The notes under the pieces were generated by a model that saw only the letters and a list, made by a program, of their open reading frames with translations, ran no database searches and was not told where the DNA came from. From Polyangiaceae bacterium (GTDB lineage Bacteria > Myxococcota_A > Polyangia > Polyangiales > Polyangiaceae), in assembly GCA_046351325.1 (NCBI GenBank), contig JAXLYR010000002.1, positions 880,334 to 944,333 of the forward strand: a stretch of 64,000 nt of DNA, written 5' to 3'. The translations under genes were made by a program, and so were the position numbers. Below are positions 19,747-28,489 of this stretch, piece after piece (the first letter of the stretch is position 1; every line of letters begins with the position of its first letter).

Positions 19747-21623
19747 ACGAGCGACGTGCGAGGGCAGCGGTGATCGCGGTCGGGGCTGTCTCGCCCCTCG
19801 GCATCGGACGCGGAGCCTTCCCGCTCACGACCATCGGTGAGCCCGCGCCCGTCGCGATCGAGCGCGACCGCGAGCTCGTGGAGCTCGGTTTTTTGCGACC
19901 GTTCGCGGCGCGCGCTCCGTCGCAGGCCTTCGAGGGCGCACCCGTTGGCGAGGACCGCGCGACGACGCTCCTCCACCTCGCGCTCGATCAAGCGCTGGCC
20001 TCCGTCGCGCCGAGCGACGCGCGCGTCGCGCTCGTCCTCGGCACCTCGAGCGGCGGCATGTGCAGCGCCGAGCAGCTCTTCCGCGAGCGGCTCGCGGGTC
20101 GATCTCCGGAAGCGGCGCTCGCGCGGCGCTCGACCTACTTCGCGCCGTTCGAGGACGCACGCGAGCGCCTCGCGAGCCGCGGCCACCGCGTCGTGCGCTC
20201 GATGCAGATCGCGACGGCCTGCGCGGCCTCCACGTGGTCGCTCGGCGTCGCGCTCCGCTGGCTCGAGCGCGGCGTTTGTGATCTCGTCTTCGCGGGCGGC
20301 TACGACGCCGTCGGGCCCTTCGTCGCGGCGGGGTTCGAATCGCTCCGCGCGACGAGCGCGAGCCGGCCCGCGCCGTTCCGCATCGGTCGCGACGGCATGG
20401 CCCTCGGTGAGGGCGCAGGCATCGCTGTCCTCACGCGCGAGGGCGACGAGCGCGGCGCGCGGCCGCTCTTTTTCGTGAGCGGCTTCGGCGCTTCGACCGA
20501 CGCGGTCCACGTCACCGCGCCCGATCGCACGGGCGGCGGGCTCGCGCGGGCCGCACGCGCGGCGCTCGCCGACGCTGCGGTCGAGGCCTCGGTCTGCCCG
20601 CTCGTCAGCGCGCACGCGACCGCGACCCCCTACAACGACGCGATGGAGTCGCGAGCGATCGACGCACTCTTCGGTGAGAGCCGCCCCATCGTCCACCCCT
20701 TCAAAGCGCAGATCGGTCACACGCTCGGCGCGGCCGGCATCCTCGAGTCGCTCGCGCTCGCCCGCACGATCGAAGACGGCGTCGCGCCCGCAGCGGCCGG
20801 CACAGGGGAGCTCGATCCGGACGCGCCCGCGCGCCTCCTCGCGCGCGCCGAGGCGCTCGAGATCCCGGTCGGTCTCAAGCTCAGCGCGGCCTTCGGTGGC
20901 GCCAACGCGTCGCTCGTGCTCGAGCGCGCCGACCGCCCTGCGCGGTCGGGGCCGCGCGTGCGACGGCCGGTTTATCTCCACGCGGTCGGGCGCGCGACGA
21001 AGGCGGACGCCGCGCGCGTCGCCACGGTGAGTGGCTATGACGCGGATAAAGTATCGCGCGCCGACGCGATCAGCCTCACGCTCGCGACCGCGATCGCCGA
21101 GGTCGCCGCCGTGTCGCCTGCGAGCCGCTCGATGCTCGCTGGCGCGGGGATCATCGTGGGCCACGCGCTCGCGACGATCGACATCAACGAGCGCTTCTAC
21201 GCGCGCATCCTCTCCAAGGGCCCGACCGCCGCGGAGCCTCGGCTCTTCCCACCGACCTCGCCCAACCTGATGCCAGGGCAGGTCGCGATCTACTTCGGGC
21301 TCACGGGGCCGAGCGCCGCGCTCGCGAGCGGGGTAGGGCACGCGATCGATCCGCTCGCGCTCGCCGTCGACATGGTGGCCTTCGGCGACGCCGAGGCGAT
21401 GATCGCGGCCGCGGTCGACGTGCTCGGGCCAGCGTCCAAGTTCGTGCTCGAGAGCGCGTTCGCCGACGCAGATGGCGTCGCCGAGGGCGCGGTCGCAGCG
21501 CTCCTCTCGACCCACGCGGAGGGCGCGATCGCCACGCTCGACGCGGACAGCGTCGAGGCCCTGCGCACCCCTCGCGGCTTCGGGCAGCGCTCGCTCAGCG
21601 ACGCGCTCGACACCTTGCGGTGA
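19743..21623 (+). CDS. Second beta-ketoacyl synthase with a C-terminal CLF-like (Cys-less KS N-half) extension
   Basis: KS motifs IATACAASTWSLG (Cys), HATATPYNDAMES (His) and KAQIGHTLGAAG. A C-terminal ~200 aa has the KS N-half pattern with Cys replaced (GLTGPSAALASGVGHA). Confidence 0.85.
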   Translation: MNERRARAAVIAVGAVSPLGIGRGAFPLTTIGEPAPVAIERDRELVELGFLRPFAARAPSQAFEGAPVGEDRATTLLHLALDQALASVAPSDARVALVLGTSSGGMCSAEQLFRERLAGRSPEAALARRSTYFAPFEDARERLASRGHRVVRSMQIATACAASTWSLGVALRWLERGVCDLVFAGGYDAVGPFVAAGFESLRATSASRPAPFRIGRDGMALGEGAGIAVLTREGDERGARPLFFVSGFGASTDAVHVTAPDRTGGGLARAARAALADAAVEASVCPLVSAHATATPYNDAMESRAIDALFGESRPIVHPFKAQIGHTLGAAGILESLALARTIEDGVAPAAAGTGELDPDAPARLLARAEALEIPVGLKLSAAFGGANASLVLERADRPARSGPRVRRPVYLHAVGRATKADAARVATVSGYDADKVSRADAISLTLATAIAEVAAVSPASRSMLAGAGIIVGHALATIDINERFYARILSKGPTAAEPRLFPPTSPNLMPGQVAIYFGLTGPSAALASGVGHAIDPLALAVDMVAFGDAEAMIAAAVDVLGPASKFVLESAFADADGVAEGAVAALLSTHAEGAIATLDADSVEALRTPRGFGQRSLSDALDTLR

Positions 21624-21670
21624 GGCCAGCTCGAATTGATGCCTAGGCCCTGGAACCAGCATTTCTTGAA

Positions 21671-21712
21671 GAATTCGCGCCGCCCCTGGCGGGGCGAAGG
21701 CGGCGCGAATTC
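21671..21712 (+). terminator. Strong stem-loop: a perfect 14-bp inverted repeat downstream of the KS operon
   Basis: gaattcgcgccgcc / ggcggcgcgaattc around a 14-nt loop. Located 48 nt after the KS stop. No U-tract follows, so it is either a non-canonical terminator or a protein-binding palindrome. Confidence 0.35.
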
Positions 21713-21909
21713 TCCGTCGAAGCCATCGCTTTTGTTCCGCAGGCCCCCCATTGCCTTTTGCGTGGAAACTTCGTTTCCACGGGACTAGTTGTCTTGCCAA
21801 TTTGTCAGCGATGTGCTGCTTGCGAGCGGTCTCGCAGGCGAATAGTGTCCTTCGTAGACGGCCGTCGGGAATCGACGGTCACGCGAGTGGTTCTCGAGCG
21901 AGAGCGGCG

Positions 21910-22419
21910 ATGAAGAAAGCGCGACTGTTAGGGATGGTGTTCGCGTTGGCTGTGGCCGCGCCGCTCGCGGGGTGCGCGCAGTCGTACATCGCCAACACCG
22001 ACGTCGAGGACAGCCCCGCCAACCGCGAGCTCATCGACTTCTGCGAGAACTACCGCCGCGCCGTCGAGCGCAAGGACGTCGCGGCCCTCCTCGAGATGAT
22101 CTCCGAGGACTACTACGAGAACGGTGGCAACTCGGACGCGTCCGACGACATGGACTACGCCCAGTTCAAGGCCTTCCTCACCGGCGAGTCGAAGAACACG
22201 CTCGGCTTCTCGTTCCAGGACGCGACGGGCATCCGCCACGAGATCCGCTACCGCCGCATCACCCGCCAGGACAACCGCATCTACGTCGACTACACGTTCA
22301 GCGCCAGCTTCCGCGTGCCGACGAACACCGGCGACGCGTGGAAGCGCAAGGTCGACGAGAACCGGCTCGAGCTCATCCTCGACGACTCCGGCCACTACAA
22401 GATCGTCGCGGGGATGTGA
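21910..22419 (+). CDS. Hypothetical lipoprotein
   Basis: MKKARLLGMVFALAVAAPLAGCAQ signal plus lipobox. 169 aa acidic domain (SnoaL/NTF2-like size). Confidence 0.6.
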   Translation: MKKARLLGMVFALAVAAPLAGCAQSYIANTDVEDSPANRELIDFCENYRRAVERKDVAALLEMISEDYYENGGNSDASDDMDYAQFKAFLTGESKNTLGFSFQDATGIRHEIRYRRITRQDNRIYVDYTFSASFRVPTNTGDAWKRKVDENRLELILDDSGHYKIVAGM

Positions 22420-22430
22420 CGGCGCGCGGC

Positions 22431-23765
22431 TCAGCCGCGCGTGCGCAGCCCGTGTCGCCAGAGCAGCCGGTAGAAGTGGACACGGTCCACATCGGCGAGC
22501 TGCGCCGCCTGGCTGACGACGCCGTTCGCGCGCGCGAGCACGCGCTCGAGGTACTCGCGTTCGAACGCCGCGACGACGCGCTCGCGCTCCTCGCGGAGGG
22601 TGTTCGACACGTCGATCCCCGTGACCTCGACGCCGTGTGAGTTGCCTGCGGCGTCGCCGTCGACGGGCACCGCGGCCCCGAGCACGAGGGCGCGCTCGAG
22701 GTAGTTGCGGAGCTCGCGCACGTTGCCTGGCCACGCGTGACGAGCGAGCTCGTCGAGGAAAGGCTGCTCGAGCAGCCGATCGGTCGGCAGCTTCACCCGT
22801 TCACGCAGGCTCTCCGAGAGGGCCTCGACGAGCAGACGCAGATCGTCGATGCGCTCGCGCAGCGCCGGCAGACGAACGGGGACGACCGCGAGCCGATAGT
22901 AGAGATCCGAGCGAAATCGCTTCTGGTTGACCTCGGCGCGGAGGTCGCGGTGCGTCGCCGCGACGATGCGAACGTCGACCGGGAGCGGTTTGTTGCCGCC
23001 GACGCGCCGGACCTCGCGACGCTCGAGGACGCGGAGCAGCTTCGGCTGGAGGTCGAGCCCGAGCTCACCGATCTCGTCGATGAAGAGCGTGCCGCCCTGC
23101 GCGAGCTCGAACGCGCCCTCACGCGCGGCGACCGCGCCGGTGAACGAGCCCTTCTCGTGCCCGAAGAGCTCGGCTTCGAAGAGCGTGCTCGGGACGGACG
23201 CGCAGTCGACGACGACGAACGGCCCCGCGCTGCGCTCGCTCGCTGCGTGGACTGCGCGGGCCGCGGCCTCTTTGCCGGTGCCGGTCTCGCCGGTGAGCAG
23301 CACCGTGGCGTCCGTCTTCGCCGCGCGCTCGAGGAGCGCGAACGCGTGGCGCATCGCCGCCGATGCACCGACGAGCTGGCCGAAGCGGGACTCGGGCGAG
23401 AGCGGGAGCTTCGCGACCTCGGACTGCAGGGTGATGTGGATGCGGTCGCGACCGATCGCGAGCGTGCAGCCGAACGGAACGACGGCCTCGCGCACGAGGA
23501 TGCCCGACACGGTGGTCCCGTTGCGGCTGCCGAGATCGCGCACGAGCACGCCGCCGCGCGCGGGCGAGACCTCGCAGTGGAAGCGCGAGACGGCGGTGTC
23601 CGCGAGGCGGAGCTGCGCGCTCTCGGAGGTCCCGATCACCACGCGCTCCTCCGACGACAGGTGAGAGATGCCCTGGTCGGGGCCCTCGGTCACCTGGAGG
23701 ATGAACCGAGGGATCACCCCGGGCTCGTCGACGCTCAGCGTCTCGGTATGGGTCTCTCCAGCCAC
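22431..23765 (-). CDS. Sigma-54-dependent transcriptional activator (EBP) with an N-terminal FHA domain
   Basis: FHA signature (VVIGTSESAQLRLADTAVSRFHCEV...GSRNGTTVSG). AAA+ Walker A GETGTGKE. GAFTGA-like GSFTGA motif. ESELFGHEKGSFTGA. C-terminal Fis-type HTH. Confidence 0.9.
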   Translation of the reverse strand: MAGETHTETLSVDEPGVIPRFILQVTEGPDQGISHLSSEERVVIGTSESAQLRLADTAVSRFHCEVSPARGGVLVRDLGSRNGTTVSGILVREAVVPFGCTLAIGRDRIHITLQSEVAKLPLSPESRFGQLVGASAAMRHAFALLERAAKTDATVLLTGETGTGKEAAARAVHAASERSAGPFVVVDCASVPSTLFEAELFGHEKGSFTGAVAAREGAFELAQGGTLFIDEIGELGLDLQPKLLRVLERREVRRVGGNKPLPVDVRIVAATHRDLRAEVNQKRFRSDLYYRLAVVPVRLPALRERIDDLRLLVEALSESLRERVKLPTDRLLEQPFLDELARHAWPGNVRELRNYLERALVLGAAVPVDGDAAGNSHGVEVTGIDVSNTLREERERVVAAFEREYLERVLARANGVVSQAAQLADVDRVHFYRLLWRHGLRTRG

Positions 23766-23831
23766 GTCGAGACGCTACCACGCGGCGCGCGCAGGGACGC
23801 ATCCGCAAGACGAATCTGCTAGACGGAGTGC

Positions 23832-24923
23832 GTGAGCCGGTCCGACGACGGGCTGACGGGGGAAGAGCCTCTCGCCCCGAACACCGAGACGCTGTCCGGC
23901 TCCGCTTCGGCGCCGGGCGACGAGCTCGCGATCGAGAACATCGACGTCGGCGCCGTCGTGCTCGACAAATACCGCGTCGAGCGACGCATCGGCGGCGGCG
24001 GGATGGCCGACGTCTACGAGGCCACGCACCTCACGCTCGGGACGCGGGTCGCGCTCAAGTTTCCGCTCGGCAGGCTCGCGAGTCCGCGTCGGTTCGCGCG
24101 CATCCTCCGCGAGGCTCAGGTGAGCGCCTCGCTCGATCCCGATCGCGTCGTTCGCGTCCTCGACGTGGCGAGCACCGCGCTCGGAGTCCCCGTCATCGTG
24201 ATGGAGCTGCTCGAGGGCGAGTCGCTCGCCGACAGACTCGCGCGCGAGGGCAAGCTCGCTCCCGCGGTCGCTGCGCGCTGGGTGCGTGAGGCTTGCTTGG
24301 GCCTCGTCGAGGCCCACGCGCGCGGCATCGTGCATCGCGACATCAAGCCGTCGAACCTCTTCGTCGAGCGGCGTCGCGGCGGCGTCGAGCGCCTCAAGCT
24401 CCTCGACTTCGGCGTCGCGAGCATCCGCGCGGCGGCCTCGCAACAAGCGAGCGCGCAGGGCGACTCGGGCGCGGTCGGCTCGCCGCCTTACATGGCGCCC
24501 GAGCAGCTGAACCCCGACGCGCGGTCGCCGCAGGTCGACGCGCGCTGCGATGTATGGGCGCTCGGCGTCACGCTCTTCGAGCTCTGCGCGGGTCGACGCC
24601 CCTTCGTCGGCAAGCCCGTCGCGCTCGTCTCCTCGATCCTGAACGACGCGTCGCCGACGCTCGAGGACGTCGGTGTCTCCGCGCCCGAGCCGTTGAAGCG
24701 CGTGATCGCGCGGTGCCTCGAGAAGGATCGCGAGGAGCGCTTCCGCGACGCGCAGGCGCTCGCAGACGCGCTCGAGGGCTTCGCCGCACCGGCGCCGCTC
24801 TCGTCACGCGTGGCGCCGCCGAGCGCCCGCGTCCCCCGGCGCCGAGCCTTCGCGTGGATCGCGATCGCCGTCGTTGTGACGGCGATCCTCACGACCATCG
24901 TGCTCCTCGGTTGGGCGCGGTAG
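23832..24923 (+). CDS. Ser/Thr protein kinase (Hanks-type) with a C-terminal TM anchor
   Basis: G-loop IGGGGMADVY. VALK lysine. Catalytic loop HRDIKPSNLFV. DFG. APE. C-terminal TM IAIAVVVTAILTTIVLLGW. Divergent from the FHA-EBP gene (66 bp apart). Confidence 0.9.
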   Translation: MSRSDDGLTGEEPLAPNTETLSGSASAPGDELAIENIDVGAVVLDKYRVERRIGGGGMADVYEATHLTLGTRVALKFPLGRLASPRRFARILREAQVSASLDPDRVVRVLDVASTALGVPVIVMELLEGESLADRLAREGKLAPAVAARWVREACLGLVEAHARGIVHRDIKPSNLFVERRRGGVERLKLLDFGVASIRAAASQQASAQGDSGAVGSPPYMAPEQLNPDARSPQVDARCDVWALGVTLFELCAGRRPFVGKPVALVSSILNDASPTLEDVGVSAPEPLKRVIARCLEKDREERFRDAQALADALEGFAAPAPLSSRVAPPSARVPRRRAFAWIAIAVVVTAILTTIVLLGWAR

Positions 24924-24928
24924 CTTAC

Positions 24929-25531
24929 TTACTTGTTAGTCTTTTCGGGCGCCGTGACGGGGACGAAGCTGCCGCTGACGACGCGGTCTTTCCCCTTGGG
25001 GACGGTCGTCGGATACACGGTGACCTTGGCCTCGCCGACGGTCTGTCCGCGGCCCGCGACCCACTCCTGTCGCTCGTGCACCCACGCCATCACGGCCTCG
25101 ATGGCGGGCGCCGTGATCTCGCGATCGTCGTTCTTGTCGGTCTTTTGCAGGTCGGTGCGATCGAAGCGATAGGCGAGCTCCATGGGGCGATCGACGGGCG
25201 CGTTCTTCGCGGCCTCGCGCGCGCGGTTCGCGTCGGCCTCGGCCTCGCGGGCCCGCTCTTCGGCGCGGCGCTGTCGCTCGGCCGCGGCCTTGTCATCGAG
25301 GTTCTTTGCGAGGGCCTTCTCGAGATCATCGAGGGGTCGCATCGCCGCCTTCATGCGGTCGTTGTCTTCGCGGCTCAGGCCCTCGAAGACGACGCCGAGG
25401 ACCTCGACGTTGTTCGGTCGAGCCGACAGCCAGTTGATCGTCGCGTCGATGGAGTCGTGCTCCATCATGCGACCGTTGCCCGTGTCGAGATCGCGGAGCC
25501 GAAGGGTCACCTTGGACATGGGCGGTATCAT
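24929..25531 (-). CDS. Hypothetical protein (charged, coiled-coil-like)
   Basis: About 200 aa from MIPPMSKV. The ORF is open further upstream through an Arg-rich, likely non-coding, stretch. Confidence 0.45.
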   Translation of the reverse strand: MIPPMSKVTLRLRDLDTGNGRMMEHDSIDATINWLSARPNNVEVLGVVFEGLSREDNDRMKAAMRPLDDLEKALAKNLDDKAAAERQRRAEERAREAEADANRAREAAKNAPVDRPMELAYRFDRTDLQKTDKNDDREITAPAIEAVMAWVHERQEWVAGRGQTVGEAKVTVYPTTVPKGKDRVVSGSFVPVTAPEKTNK

Positions 25532-25566
25532 CGCCCGCGATCTGCTCGAAACCAAGCGACACGCGG

Positions 25567-25932
25567 TCAGCGCATCGCGAGGACGGCGAGCGCTGCGGCG
25601 GAGACCGCAGAGGCGAGCGCGAGCTGACCGACGCGCCGGCCTCGCGTACGCAGGGCCTCGAGGTCCGCGCGCTCGGCGATCGTCTCTTCGCCGTCGCCGA
25701 GGTTGCGTGCACCGCGCTTCGCGAGGTAGGGGCAGGTTCGGAAGAGGCCGTGATAGAGCAGGCTGAACGCGAGGAAGAACGGGACGACCGAGAGCGCCGC
25801 CCAAGCCGCGTGCGCGTCGAGCTCGCGCACGAGCGTCACGAGCGCGAGCGCCGCGGCGAACGCGAGCACGCCGAACCGCAGGCGCTTCGCGATGGTCGTG
25901 TCGTCGATGTTCGCGAGCTCGTGAGCGACCAA
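25567..25932 (-). CDS. Small inner-membrane protein (DUF2892/YgaP-like pattern)
   Basis: Two TM helices (LRFGVLAFAAALALVTL; AALSVVPFFLAFSLLYHGLF) followed by CPYLAK. I chose a TTG start; upstream in-frame sequence is highly charged and probably non-coding. Confidence 0.4.
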   Translation of the reverse strand: MVAHELANIDDTTIAKRLRFGVLAFAAALALVTLVRELDAHAAWAALSVVPFFLAFSLLYHGLFRTCPYLAKRGARNLGDGEETIAERADLEALRTRGRRVGQLALASAVSAAALAVLAMR

Positions 25933-26025
25933 GCTAGATTCACTCCGTGTCGAGGCGCAGCGTGCGACGGACTTCCTCGAGTCTACCGCGGCTCCCGCGC
26001 GACGCACGCCTCGGGGTGAGGGGAG

Positions 26026-28450
26026 ATGCTCGAGCGGCTGGTCGATCTTCGGGCCGGTGAGCGGCGACCGCTCACGATGATGGGCGCGCTGCTCGCGCTC
26101 GTCATCGGCGCCCACACGATCGTCGAGACCGCGCGCGACACACTGTTCTTGCGCAAGCTCCCTCCGAATCGGCTCGCTTGGGTGTATGTCGCGCTCGCGG
26201 TCGCGACGCTGCTCGCGGGCCGCGTCGCCTCGTCCATCACCGAGCGCTTCGGGCAGCGCTCGGGCTTCGTGATGACGCTCGTCGCGTGCGCGTACGTCGT
26301 CGTCCTCCTCGGTATCCTGCCGGCGACGCCGCTCTTCGTGTTCACGCTCTACGTCGCTTCGGGCGTGATGGGGACGCTCCTCTTGCTCGCGTTCTGGGTG
26401 TTCGCCGGGCGGCTCTTCACCGTCGCGCAAGGCAAGCGCCTCTTCGGACCGCTGGCTGCGTTCGGCATCGTGGGCGCAACGATCGGCGCGACGGTCGCGT
26501 CGGTGATCTCGCGCTTCTTCTCCGCTTCTGCGCTGCTCGTGCTCGCCGCGGTGCTCTTCCTCTCGGCCGCGGTCGTCGTGACGATGGTCCCCGACTCGGA
26601 GGACTCAGCGCGCGCCGCGCCCACCACCCGAACTGCGCCCGCCGGCGCGCTCCTCGGCGAGCCGTCGCTCGTCGTGCGCGGGCCCTATCTACGGATCGTC
26701 GCTGCGCTCACGTTCGTCTCCAGCATCACGGTGCTCTTCGCGGACTACCTCTTCAAATCGAGCGCCGCCGTCGCGCTCGCTCCCGACGAGCTCGGGCCGT
26801 TCCTCGGTGGGTTCTACGCAGCGCAGAACGCCCTCGCGCTCGTCGTGCAGCTCGGCGTCACGACCCCGCTCGTGCGGCGCGCCGGTGTGCCGAGCGCGCT
26901 CTTGCTGTTCCCGACGTTGCTCCTCTTCGGTGCGCTCGGCGCCATGGTCAGCAACGTCTTCGCGTTCGCTGTCGTCGTGAAGATCATCGACGGCGCGCTC
27001 CGCCACAGCCTTCACCGCGTGACCTCGGAGCTCCTCGTCCTGCCCATCGCGCCACCGATTCGCGACCGCGCGAAGCGCGTCCTCGACGCCGTCGTCGCCC
27101 GCGGCGGTCAAGCGCTCGGCGCAGGTGGGATCGCGCTCCTCGGGGTCCTCGGCGTCGCGTCGATATCGTCGCTCGGGCTCTGCATTGCTGGGCTCGCCGC
27201 GACATGGATCGTGGTCGCCGGGCTCACGCGTCGGCCGTACCTCGACATGTTCCGCCGATCGCTCGCGCGCGGCGACGACCCCGAGGAGTTCATGACCTAC
27301 GATCTGCCAGTCGTGGAGACGCTGCTCGCGTCGCTCGCGTCCGATCAGGACGACCGCGTGCGTGCGGCCATCCAGATGCTCGCGCGCCCGGACAACGGGC
27401 GCCTCGTCCCGGCGCTCATCCTTCATCACGACTCGCCCGCGGTGCTCACGCTCGCGCTCGAGGTCCTCAGCCGAGATCGCGCGCGCCGCGATTTCCTGCC
27501 GCTCACGCGCCGCTTGCTCGGTCATCGGGACGCGAGCGTGCGCGTCGCAGCGGTTCGCGCGCTCGCGGTCGCAGGCGACGCCTCCGTCGCAGGCCTCGCG
27601 CTCGAAGACGGCGATCCGACGGTGCGCGCCTCGGCCCTCTTTTTCCTCGCGTCAGGCGACGACCCCGAGGCCGATCCTCGGGTGAGCGCGCTCCTCGAGC
27701 GTCGCGACGACGACGGCGCGCGCGAGCGTCACGCGCTCGTCAGCGCGATCGCGGCTCACGGCGACGCTCGGTGGGCGCGCGTCGTAAGGCGCATCGCGAC
27801 GACCGATCGCGCGCGCCGCGGCGTCGGTGAGCGCGGCCTCGCACGAGAGATCGCGGTCGCTGCGCGCGTCACCAACGATCCCGAGCACGCGCCGCTGCTC
27901 GTCGCGCTGCTCCTCGATCGCGAGGCGCGCACGGACGCTCGCGCCTCGCTCGTCGCCCTCGGCCCCGCCGCGCAAGCCGTGGTCGAGCGGGCCTTCGCCG
28001 ACCCCAACACGTCGATGCGCCTCCGCCGCCAGCTGCCACGCGCGCTCGCCGCGTTCGGCAACCAGCGCGCCGTCGATTTCCTCGTGCGCGCGCTCGATCG
28101 CGAGCTCGACCTGCGCCTGCGCTACAAGGTCCTGCGCGCGCTCGGTCGGGCGTCCGCCGACGCGAAGCGTGGCGCGCTGAAGTTCGATCGGCGCCGCTTC
28201 GAGCGCGAGGCCACGCTCTGCTTCGCGACCTACCTGCGGCTCTTCGAGGCCGTCGTCGAGCTCGGCCACACACCCTCGCTCGCTCCGACGCACGCCGGGT
28301 CGCTGCTCGAGGTCGATCGGCCCGCGACGCGCCTCTGCGTCGGTCTCATCGAAGAGCGCGCCCGCCTCGCGTTCGAGTCAGGCTTCCGCTTCTTGCAGCT
28401 CGCGCACCGCACCGAAGACCTCGAGGCGTGCACGCGGCGATCGTCAGCAG
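26026..28450 (+). CDS. ATP:ADP-antiporter (TLC)/MFS-like membrane domain fused to a HEAT-repeat domain. Probably the 5' part of a longer gene that continues in 28490-29743.
   Basis: About 11 TM helices in the first ~400 aa. HEAT/PBS-lyase-like repeats follow (DDRVRAAIQMLAR, DASVRVAAVRALAVAGD, DPTVRASALFFLA). The protein-like sequence ends near 28440, where this frame becomes Arg-rich nonsense while the +1 frame reads protein-like. Confidence 0.7.
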
Positions 28451-28489
28451 AACCGCGCCGCGCGCTCGACCGCGCTCGAGTTCCTGGAT

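Noticed and set aside
19641-21800. 719-aa minus-strand ORF antisense to the second KS
   Set aside because: Same GC-driven artefact. Arg-rich with no domain signatures.
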